A DNA stretch of 62,964 nt, the filler included, from Reticulomyxa filosa (lineage: Eukaryota; Protista; Foraminifera): assembly GCA_000512085.1 (NCBI GenBank). It is 22 parts of 22 records of this genome, joined end to end, with 100 filler letters (N's around TTAATTAATTAA, not from the genome) between each part and the next. Parts side by side here need not be neighbours in the genome. Positions count along the whole stretch, not along the records: positions 51,833 to 53,268 come from ASPP01039001.1; positions 53,369 to 62,964 come from ASPP01012930.1; 20 more parts are not named here. One strand, given 5' to 3'. The position numbers and the translations under genes are program-made. A model generated the notes under the pieces. The model ran no database searches and was not told where the DNA came from. It worked only from the letters and a program-made list of their open reading frames with translations. The first letter of the stretch is position 1. Every line of letters begins with the position of its first letter. Of this stretch, positions 52,092 through 62,964 are shown piece by piece.

Positions 52092-52896
52092 TTAGTAGTT
52101 CTTAATCTCACGTTGTTGACCCCTTTGCATTGCTACCACCATAAAAAGAAGGCCACTGCTTCTCAAAAAATTCATACTGGGCCGGACAAATTGTAAACGT
52201 CTTTTGTTTGCCTGGAAACAATGCATATGATGGAAGGTTTTAACTGCATATTTTTGTGGGTTCACCAGTTTGTATCGAAATAAGACCTGGCCAATGTTTA
52301 TTCGGCCCATTGGTCTACCGAAAGGGTAGTTCATTCTAGTTTGTAATCTAAATTTTATTTCACAAACAAAAACTCTTTCTATTTTTTTTTTTAAAGAGGG
52401 CATGACGGGGAGGGGGAAGTGAGGAAAAAATAGAACCGATATACTAAAAAAATTATCAAAAACTACTTATACGCAATTGCGTATTTTTTTAAATTATCGT
52501 CATCTTACCTATTTATTCCAGCGCATGATAACATTTCGTTAATTCTCAGGGCGTAGTAAAGATAAACATGGATACGACGATGGAAATATATTTTCCAAAT
52601 ATTTTGGTCAAGCGTCACCTTGCTGTAGCATTCGCAGCTTCTAAAACTTCACTAGAAATCTGCGTTTTTTCCATCAATACTAAGTGAACCATCCATGAAA
52701 GCTCGTCAACTGGTGCTTTCTTTGGCCAATGTTAAATTCTGGTCTTTGGACCAGAGACACCTCGACAAAAGCGAGATTTTATCCGTTGTTCCCCTTTTGC
52801 TGACGACAACGTTTCCAAAGTCCTCGTGGTCCTTGTTTCAATATTTTAGTTTTGCTTTGATGTAGCACTAGTCGCACTTTTGTCTTGATTGCTCAT
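52092..52896 (-). pseudogene. RPL10: ribosomal protein uL16 (RPL10/QM) non-processed pseudogene
   Basis: Across frames: KSRFCRGV, KKAPVDE..VHLV..EKTQISSEVLEAA, LRINEMLSCAGINR, intron, LQTRMNYPFGRPMGRINIGQVL; multiple stops and frameshifts. Confidence 0.85.
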
Positions 52897-53404
52897 CTTT
52901 TCTATTGGAAATTATTGGTAATTAGTTTTTTTTCAAAAAGACTTGGTATAGTTTTACTTCCTCAAACGAAAAGAACAAACACCATTGTTAAAAAATAAAG
53001 TTATTTATGAATTAGTAGGAGTTGTGAAGTATTGAAAGATGATAGCACTTTTATAACTTTTATTCAATTATAAAAATCCACATATAAAATTGTAAATTTA
53101 CATACTTGCTTTTCCTTGTTTCACTACGACAATATTTCTTATATAATTATCAGCTACTACAAAATACTTAAAATTCAAGGAGGAGATACATTCAAAATAT
53201 TGCTTATGTAATAATCAAAACTGAACAAGGGTCCAAAAGAGAGTGAGCGAAAGATGAGACAAAGGAAANNNNNNNNNNNNNNNNNNNNNNNNNNNNNNNN
53301 NNNNNNNNNNNNTTAATTAATTAANNNNNNNNNNNNNNNNNNNNNNNNNNNNNNNNNNNNNNNNNNNNATATATATATATATATATGTATATATATTTGA
53401 TTAG

Positions 53405-56400
53405 ATGTATACGGTATTGTTTAGAGGGACTGGATGAAAAAGAAGCACCAGTAAGTGAAGGAAAGGTGAGATTGACACTCCCTTTGTGCGAATTAAACCT
53501 TGTTCGGCAAACATGCACCGTGTTTCAGTCGGTAATTTTAATGCACGGTAACAAATCGACCGTAGAAGACGTCGACGTGATGGAGTCTCTTTTTGTGTTT
53601 GCGCTAATTTGGTCGGTTGGTGCTTCTATTATTGATGGAGACCGTCCTCGCTTTGATCAATTTGTCAAACAACTTTCACAAAAAACACTAGTCAATGTCG
53701 CCGGAAAAAACAAATTACCAAAAGATGAAACACTCTTTGATTACTATTTCGATCTGATCAAACGTATGCCGAGTTTTTTTTTTAAAATTAGAAAAGTCTA
53801 ATCCATTATTTAAAAAAAAAAAATCTCTTTCTTTATTTTACTCTTGCAAACAGTGCAATGGACTCCTTGGTCTAAACAAGTAACCGAGTATGTTCCCCCT
53901 CAACCATTTGAATTTTCCAAAGTAATAGTGTCCACAATTGACACAGTCAGAAATCGGTACTTCTTGCACCATTTGACTCAGAGTGGGAACAATATTTTGT
54001 TCGTTGGAGAGAGTGGCACTGCCAAGACAAACACTATCCAAAACTATTTGTTGCACATTGACAGAGAGAAATATTCTGCTGTCAATATCAACTTCTCTTC
54101 TCGCACTACAAGTTTAAACGTGCAAAAAACATTAATGGACAATATTGAGAAAAGAGGCCCTGTCTGGAGTCCATTGAATGGTAAGAAACTGTTGGTATTT
54201 GTGGACGACTTGAACATGCCCCAAGTCGATACCTATGGCACACAACAACCAATTGCCTTGCTAAAGTTTTTGACGGAAAGAAATATGATGTACGAGAGAG
54301 AAGGAGACCTAGAAGCAATTCATACTAAGTCACTCTTTTGGATTGCTGCAATGTTGCCACCTGGCAGAGGTCGAAATTATGTCGACCCAAGATTTGTGTC
54401 GTTATTTGCAACATTTAATGTCATTTTCCCGTCTAAAGACTCATTATTAAGAATTTATTCATCGATATTGAAATGTCACACAGAGCAGTTTAACGGAGAA
54501 GTTCAGATGGCAGCGTCCCAGTTAACACCAATGACAATGAGTTTTTATCAGTCAATCACTGAGCGTTTGCCTCCAACTCCATCCAAATTTCATTATGTTT
54601 TTAACTTAAGAGATTTGTCAAGAGTTTACGAAGGTAAGCACTAGCCCTCTTTTGCAAGTGCAATGAAGCGGCGAGTTTATTAACACATAAACAAAAAAAA
54701 AAAGGTTTGTGCCAGTCATTACCGTCAAAGTACACTACCAGTAGCAGCTTTGTTCGCCTGTGGAGAAATGAAATTTTGAGAGTGTTTGGAGACAGAATGA
54801 ACGTGCAAGAAGACAAAGATTTACTAGAAAAGAATTTGTTACCGGCACTTTTACAACAATTTTTCAATACTGACCCAACGCTACAAACAAGTGTTTTAAA
54901 AACCCCTATTTTGTTTGGCAGCTTTGAGCAAAACAACAGTGATACCATAGCAATGTATCAAGACTTGAAAGACTACTCCAACGTGAAAATGGTATTTGAA
55001 GAGGTCCTTCGGAAGTATAATTTAGAAAATAATGGCAATAAAATCCGCTTGGTGTTATTTGAAGACGCTTTGGAACACATAGTTCGAATTCATCGAATAC
55101 TGAAGCTGCCCAGAGGAAATGCATTACTTGTAGGCGTTGGTGGGAGTGGCAAACAATCATTAACCAAACTGGCCACATTTTGTTGTAACTACGACTTGTT
55201 TGAGATTAAATTAACCAGGAATTACTGTGAACATGATTTTCGTGAAGACTTGAAAAAACTTTATCAAAAACTGGGCACCGGAAAAGATTGCACATTTCTA
55301 TTCACAGACGCCCAAGTAGCGACGAGTCGTTTTTGGAATTAATCAATAACATGCTCACTAGCGGCATGATACCCGCATTATTTTCGGAGGATGAAAAAGT
55401 TCAATTGATTGATATCGTTCGAAGTGAAGTGGAAAGCTTAGGTAAATGTTGTCACAATCACAGCCCTTTTTTTTTTTTGAGATTAAAAAAGGGGTGACAA
55501 AAAAACAACGTAATAATAGGGCTAGCATCGACCAAGGAAATTGTTGGAATCATTTTATAAATCGTTGCAGGGACCATTTGCACATTGTTTTGACAATGTC
55601 TCCAGCTGGAGAAACACTACGCGATCGTTGTCGTAATTTTCCAGGATTGATATCGAATTGCGTAATCGATTGGTTTTCCCTTGGCCTAAAGATGCACTTT
55701 ATGCGGTGGCAGAACAGTGGTTAATAGACGAACAACCTGATGGAGATACTGCAGACAAGGTTACTGACGAGTACAATTCAGTTAACGTCCGCGCGGTGTT
55801 GTTAAGCTTTGAAAAAAGTACACAGGTGGAAATTCTCAATCACATGGTCAAGGTGCATTTGAGTGTGAAAGATCAATACAGTCCAGCATTTGAATTGGAG
55901 TTCCGACGAAAAAACCATGTGACTCCAAAGAATTATTTGGACTTTTTGCACAATTACAAAAAGCAACTGGGGAAATTTCGACTTGAAAATATAACGAGAA
56001 TTGAAAAATTGGAGGCTGGGCTAAACCAACTCACAAAAGCATCGCAAAATGTTAACTCGCTTCGCAGTGAATTAACCAAACAAAACGAAGTCGTGACAAA
56101 GAAATCGGAGGAGTGTCACGTTATGATTGAGCAAATTAAAGAGCGAACCAATGCCGTCAATGAAAAGAAGATAATTGCCGGAAAAAAAAATGAAGATTTG
56201 CAAGCTGACGCCAAAGAAATTATCATTGAAAAAAAGCTTGCAGAAGATGCCTTGGAAGAGGCTTTGCCAACTTTGGAGTTGGCACGAGAAGCATTAAAAA
56301 ACTTGCGAAAAGAGGACATTGCTGAAATTAAAGTACTAAATAATCCGAAAGAGGCTGTCAAAAATGTATGCTTGTGTGTTTTAAACTTGAGGCCTTCAGG

Positions 56401-59400
56401 TACTGAAGATGTCAATGAAGGTTGGACTGCCGCACGAGCAATGATGGGAGATGCGAATTTTTTGCAAAGACTCCAAAAGTTCAATTTTTGTTTGTTTGTT
56501 TGAGGTGATTGAGATGTGTGAGCAAGAAAGATGGGGTTTATCTAGAAAGACATAATGTTGAAAAAATGTCACAGATATCCGAGAGATGAGATTACGGAAG
56601 CAATGTACAAAAAAGTGAAAAAGCTTATGACGACAAAGCCTAAAGATAAAACCCAAACTCTGACAATGGAGAACTTGCAACGAGTATCGAAGGCAGGAGC
56701 AGGACTATTACAATGGGTGAATGCAATGGTTCGATATTACGAAGTTGCAAAAGATGTTGCACCACGTCGTCAAAAAGTGCAAGAAATGGAAAAAAAATGG
56801 TGCAATCACAAATAGATTTGCAACAGACGCAAAAAGAATTGACAGAATTGGAGGCGCAGATCAAAGAGTTGTCCGACAACTTTGCTGTGAAAGATCAGGA
56901 GTTGAAACAGCTCCAAAACGAAGCTGAGGTATGTGACATTTTCCTCCAAAAAAAGATAAATGGATGGAGAATCAAACCAAAAAAAAAAAAAAAAAAAATA
57001 TAATAGCAAATGAGGTCTTATTTAGACAGTGCAGCGAAATTGATTGAAGGGCTGCAGAGTGAAAAAGAAAGATGGACGATCGACAAAGAACAGTTAAAAA
57101 AGAGAACAGACTTATTAATCGGGGATTGCCTTTTGGCAAGTTCATTTTTGTCCTATGCTGGTGTATTCAACTTTCAATTTCGCAAACAAATGATTTACGA
57201 AGATTGGTCGAAGGACATTGTGATGCGCAAGATCCCAATGACCGAATCCTTGCGCATCGAGCAGCTGCTGAGCAATGAAGTCGAGAGGTCTCAATGGACA
57301 AGTGAAGGGCTGCCATCGGATGAATTGAGTGTTCAAAATGGGATTTTAACGTGTCGAGCATCGAGGTATCCTCTGTGCATTGATCCACAAATGCAAGCAA
57401 TCACATGGATCAAAAACCGAGAAGCCTTGCACAAGTGCAACGTCCGAACTTTTCATGACACCGACTTTGTAAAGATTTTGGAGCTAGCTATACAGTTTGG
57501 AACGCCATTTATTTTCGAGGGAGTGGATGAAGAAATTGATCCGATCATCAACAATGTTCTGGAACAAAAATTCATTTTCTCCGGTGGTAATAAGCAAGTC
57601 ATGTTGGGGGATTCACTGCTGGATTGGGACGATAATTTTCGACTATACTTAGTTACTAAATTGTCCAATCCACAATATTCGCCTGATATTACCGGCAAAA
57701 CGATGATCATTAATTTCTGGTTTGTTTTATTTGTGCTTTTTATGTACTTTCCCTTTTGCACTCACAAGACCGTGTTTGTTGTGGAAAAATGTTTGCACAT
57801 TAAAGTGTAACCCAACAGGGATTGGAGGATCAGTTATTGGACGTAGTTGTCGGTTTTGAACGTCCTGACTTGCAAAAACAAAGAGAAGAGTTAATTCAAA
57901 CAATGTCAAAAAATAACATCATGTTAGATAAGTTGGAGAATTTGTTGCTGAAAGAACTAACCGAAGCAACGGGCAACATTTTGGAAAATAAACTATTAAT
58001 TCAAACCCTGCAAGACGCAAAATCAAAGTCAACGTCGATCATTGAGTCTCAAGTTGAATCGAAAAAGACTGCAGCAGAGTTAAACCAGGTTGCAAGTGAA
58101 TATCGCCTTGCTGCAAAAAGGGGATCTGTACTATTCTTCAGCATGAACGGTTTGTCAGCGATCAACAGAATGTACGAATACTCATTGAGAAATTATTTGG
58201 AGTTGTTTTTGAAAAGTTTGAGAATATCAAAAAAAGATGCCGTCGTCGTCAATCGCCTCCGCTATATAGTGGACACTCTAACAAAGACGATATACGATTA
58301 TACGTGTACCGGTATATTCGAAAAGCACAAATTGATGTACTCTTTCCAAATGGTCACCTTAATACTTGCCGCAGATGGGAGATTGAACCACGAAGAGTTG
58401 GAATTCTTTTTAAAAGGCAACACGTCATTACAAGTTTTGTTTCAAAAAAGAAGAGAAGAAAAACAGAGGATGAAAAGAAAAGTATGTGTACGTGCGTGCA
58501 CGTACACATGCTTTTGAGGGAGTGTTGTACATCAGTAATTTGTGTGTTTGTCCATTTTGGAACAAGGTGCCTGAAAAAAAGAAGCCAGCATCATGGATCA
58601 CCGACAATGGATGGAAAGATTTGGAGCGTCTCGGACATTTAGGCAGTTCTGTATCCGAAGAGAGTGAGAAACCTTTCACAACATTGATAGCCGACATTTG
58701 TGACAATTTGCAAAAATGGAAAGAATGGTATGATTTTGAAAAACCAGAAGAAAAAGAACTACCATTGAACTACTCGAAAAAATTGACAAAATTACAAGAG
58801 CTGCTAGTTTTGAGATGCTTTCGAAGAGATCGCGTATACAATGGAGTCCGTAATTTCATTGTGCACATAATGAAGGATGATTACTTTATCCAGCCTCCAG
58901 TCACGCAATTTTCCAAAGTATATGAACAATCTTCGCCACATGTGCCGGTAGTATTCATCCTAAGCAAAGGAGGAGATCCTATGGGTGATCTGGAAAAATT
59001 GGCACAAGTGCAAGGAGTGTATCAAGAAAACCGATTCAAATACTTGGCACTGGGGCAAGGACAATCCAAATTGGCTGAAGCCATGCTCGAAAGTGGTATT
59101 TCTCGTGGACATTGGGTAATCCTGCAAAACTGTCATTTGATGCCATCCTGGCTCAAAAAACTAGAGAAAATTATTCACAGTCAATTGCATCAATCGTCTG
59201 TTAATCCTGGCTTTCGTTTGTGGTTGACCACGGATCCAACAAATGATTTTCCTATTGGTAAAAAAAAAAAAAAAAAAAAAAAATGTATTTATCTTATTCA
59301 ATAAACAAATAATAAAACATATTAAATAAATATAATGCAGGCATTTTACAGTCTTCATTGAAAGTGGTCACAGAGCCTCCGGATGGACTCAAGTTGAATA

Positions 59401-60997
59401 TGAAGGCATCTTATAGTCGTGTCAAACTGGAGACATTACAACAGTGCACTCACTCCAAATTTGCACCTCTCGTGTACGTACTATCCTTTTTTCATGCCGT
59501 GGTTCAAGTTCGACGCAAATATGGGAAGCTTGGGTGGAATATTAGCTATGATTTTAACGAAAGTGATTACGATACGTCTTTGAAACTGCTTTCCATGTAT
59601 TTGAACAAAAGTGTCATCTATGGCAATGAGAAAATCCCATGGGAGTCTTTGCGGTATTTGATTGGCGAAGTTATGTACGGTGGGCGAGTGACAGATCCAT
59701 TCGATCGAAGAGTGTTAATCACGTACTTGGAGGAATACATGGGAGAATTTTTATTTGACGATTTTCAGCCTTTTTGCTTTAGTAACGCCAATAATTTTCA
59801 ATATATCATTCCCAAAAACGACAACGACCACCTGAATGAGTTTGAGAATACGTTGGATATGTACAAACAAGAAATTGACAGATTGCCCATTGATAATCCC
59901 CCTCAAGTGTTTGGTCTTCATTCCAACGCGGAAATTGGTTATTATACCACTGCAGCTGATGAAATGTGGAATGGGCTAATTTCTTTGCAGCCTAGAGCGA
60001 CCTCTCTTATTGAAGGAGGGATTCGTCGAGAGGACTACATTTCCAATATTGCCAAAAATGTATTGGAAAAAGTGCCGGAACCATTTGACGTATCGCTCAT
60101 CAAGGTCTTTTATCTCTAAGTTTTTGTATTGTGCGTACCTTTTTTTTTTTTTTTTTTTTTTTTAAGCGGACGCCAAAGGGGGTTTTTTTTTTTGTTTGTA
60201 AAAATCTTTCAACAAAAAAATAGAAATCTTTTGAAGATCACGCTCATCCGAACCCAATTCAGCCAACAACGGTTGTTTTAGTTCAAGAAATAGAAAGATG
60301 GAATGTTTTGGTAAAAAAAATGGATATCACACTAAACGACTTGTTGAAGGCTTTGAAAGGGGAAATCAGTATGAATAGTGAATTGGACAGACTAAGTAAT
60401 GACCTATTTAATGGATATTTACCACACGTGTGGAAGAACTACATTCCGGACAGCGACAAAAAGCTAGGATCGTGGGTGGATCATTTTACACGACGCTGGG
60501 CTCAGTATCAACAATGGATACAAACAAAACAAGACCCACCAGTAATTTGGCTGAGTGGCTTGCACATTCCAGAAACATATTTAGCGGCCACTTTGCAAAC
60601 TACATGTCGCAAAAATAAGTGGCCCTTAGATAAGTCCACACTCTTTACCATGGTAACAGAATATACTGACCCAATGCAAATAACACAAAATTTGGAAGAT
60701 GGATGCTATGTGCAAGGTTTATACTTGGAAGGAGCAGCGTGGGACGAAAAGGACATGTGCTTATGCAAACAAAAACCAAAGCAATTGGTTTATGAATTAC
60801 CCATCCTAAAAATTGTACCGGTTGAAATTAACAAACTTCAAAGACAAAACACTTTCCGAACACCAGTTTACATGACACAAAAAAGATCCAATGCCATGGG
60901 TGAAGGGCTCGTGTTTCAAGCTGATCTATCTTCGACATTTCATCCCAGTCATTGGATTTTGCAAGGCTGTGCATTGGTCATGAATATTTCTGATTAA
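53405..60997 (+). CDS. DNAH10: axonemal dynein heavy chain, DNAH10 / inner-arm I1-alpha-like, 5' truncated, multi-exon
   Basis: AAA3 [19 protein letters not shown]4 GVGGSGKQS, stalk/MTBD, AAA5 IDPQMQA, AAA6 [20 protein letters not shown]-terminal [13 protein letters not shown]. Single-base frameshifts near 55320, 55680 and 56795 are probably sequencing errors. Confidence 0.9.
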
Positions 60998-61510
60998 GAG
61001 TTTTCAAATAAAATGTAAGAAATGGGTTGGAAATTTTTTCTTTGCGGAATTGTGTCAAATGCAGATGAAATAATTTATTGCTTAATATTTTAATATTTAT
61101 ACAACAAACTCAAACAACAATCAACTTTTAAAATATTCATAAATACTCTTCAAAAAAAAAAAAAAAAAAAAAGGCGAAGCCACAAAATTTAAAAGAACAG
61201 TCTTGCTATTTGTAAGTTATTTCTCTTAGACAAACTAATAAAAATTTTGTTGGACTGTTCCGTAGCAAAACAACTAAAAAAGGGGGATTTTTTTTTTTGA
61301 GAAACCGAATCAACAGAGGGCATAAGTCGTCCTTATCAAAAGTCGTTGCTTGGTATTTTTCTTTTTAGGTTACTAGTTAATCCCGTAATACTATACTCTT
61401 TTTAAAATTCAACATTTATCCTTGGAAAGTAGTAAAATTGCAAACTGAAAAGGGACAGCTCAATCACTGCAGAAAATGTGTTGTGTTATGTGTAAAAAAG
61501 ACAAAGAAGA

Positions 61511-62964
61511 ATGGAAATAACAAATACTTGCGCTTACGAGCAACTGCCATCATCATATGATCCAGCGGAAAAAGCAAAAGACATTGAATTGCAATCGAGA
61601 TGGCAATGGGGCAAAAAAAATGAAGCGACAGAAACGGATCAAAAATATGAAAACGAAAATTCGAAACAAAAGAATTATTGGACACAAGTGTTGAATTCTT
61701 CGATGAACAATCTGATTAATGCAGTACCTTCTTTGGCCATACCTTTTACCCGACGTAAACTCCAACTCTCGGATAACGCAAGAGATAACTTAGTTAAGAT
61801 ATTGTTTGTTATGTCACGCTAAGACGCGCGCGCGTACATGTATTGAACATCCACAGGCAGTGGCATGGCGTAAGAATGAGACATTCCAAGAAATTATTGA
61901 CGAATTAATCCATGAGTCGACATGGAAAACAAATTTGCGGGCCTTTGTGGCCATTTATTCCTCGGTGTTGTTGTGGATTGGCGGTTGGAATCTCATAACA
62001 AATTGCTATCAGTACTTTCCGCCGCGAGTCGATATGTACCTTGCACACGACCCCATGCAAAATTTAGTGTATAGTGCCATTGGACTCGTTATAGTGTGGT
62101 ATATTGGCACCTTGTATCAAAACGCAGGGTTTCAAGGGTCCAATCGTCCCTCTGAGTTTTTTTCGTACAATTATTCTGATTTCCAACAAAAGTATCACCA
62201 ACGTATTCGAGTGATTAAATCATCAATGTCAGCTACATATGGTCGACAAATGGCGCACACAGCTCAGAAAAACATGACATCCGCTCATTGGAACGCTAAC
62301 ACTGATGGCAGCAACAGCAACAACAACAACAACAACGGCAACGACAATTTTGCTGACAATGCAAATTCGCAATCCGCAAAAGTACACATAATCAATTTGC
62401 AAGCAATAGCAACGATGTGAGTGCAATTAATCAAAGCAGCGCGATGACGACAAGAAGACGAAGCGCAAGTGACAACGCCAATGCGAAGAGAACCGAACAG
62501 CAAGAACAGGTTTTGAGTATCAACGAGAATGAAGAGAATTTAGAAAAGTATAAAAAAAAAGATCCATCATGTTGGAGATTGTATCATGTTCGTTTTTGGT
62601 TTTTAACGGGCATAAGTTTGTTGGGACAATTCATTTTGTTCATTGGCTTGTTCAATGCTGGAGATATGTTGTATCGCCAAACTCTGAAGGTTATGCCACT
62701 CCCACTCGCCACTTGCTTGTGGCTGTTTTTATCCATTGCAATGATGGCAAACAAATACGTCAATACACTTTGGGCCGTTTCATGTGTGTTTCCGCCCTGG
62801 TACCAAACTCGACGTTGCGAATATCACGAGTCTTGGCAAAAGCATTTGGAAATGTGCTGCTTGAGTATTATTTCATTGTTTGGAATGAATATGATTGCCG
62901 TTGTCATTCAAGACAGTTTGCAAGATTCGAAACCAGTTATATACGACCCTTTTTTTTTTTTTTT
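61511..62964 (+). CDS. multi-pass membrane protein of unknown family, partial, with frame breaks
   Basis: Hydrophobic helices RAFVAIYSSVLLWIGGWNLI, LVYSAIGLVIVWYIG, FWFLTGISLLGQFILFIGLF; Asn-rich loop. Confidence 0.5.

Noticed and set aside
25959-53268. Stop-codon reassignment to explain in-frame TAA/TGA
   Set aside because: The stops co-occur with frameshifts, and intact genes end in TAA, TAG and TGA with long stop-free exons.
3333-53368. Recurring TTAATTAATTAA palindrome as a biological repeat or CRISPR-like array
   Set aside because: Always centred in exactly 44+44 Ns; it is a concatenation linker.
61806-62420. Fuseless-family assignment for the last membrane protein
   Set aside because: Only the short WIGGWNL resemblance; not enough without a profile search.

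Overview
AT-rich, intron-containing eukaryotic DNA. It is not one locus. It is 22 short contigs joined by 21 artificial 100-bp linkers (N44-TTAATTAATTAA-N44), so adjacency across a linker carries no biological meaning. The gene families (expanded WD40 and kelch families, very divergent alpha-tubulin, homopolymer-rich introns) suggest a foraminiferan such as Reticulomyxa; this is an inference. Recognisable genes: TFIIIC tau95 (GTF3C5), CAP-Gly, RRM, aspartyl aminopeptidase, SH3, an atypical Ca/Na-channel-like domain, a kinase with very large inserts, ELP3, two sulfotransferases, a bacterial-like HCCA isomerase/DsbA, UNC93-like MFS, RPEL, TPR-kelch, a long SUMO-like protein and a DNAH10-like axonemal dynein. 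There are many pseudogenes (RPL10, alpha-tubulin, PhyH, WD40, kelch, RidA, CAP-Gly). The standout is a decayed endogenous CRESS-DNA-virus/plasmid-type Rep (HUH endonuclease plus SF3 helicase) at about 31.6-32.6 kb, readable only across frameshifts, next to a Tc1/mariner-like terminus. Also notable: a ~155-bp double-hairpin repeat shared by two contigs, and poly(A)-preceded splice acceptors. All homology calls come from motif recognition by eye; no searches were run.
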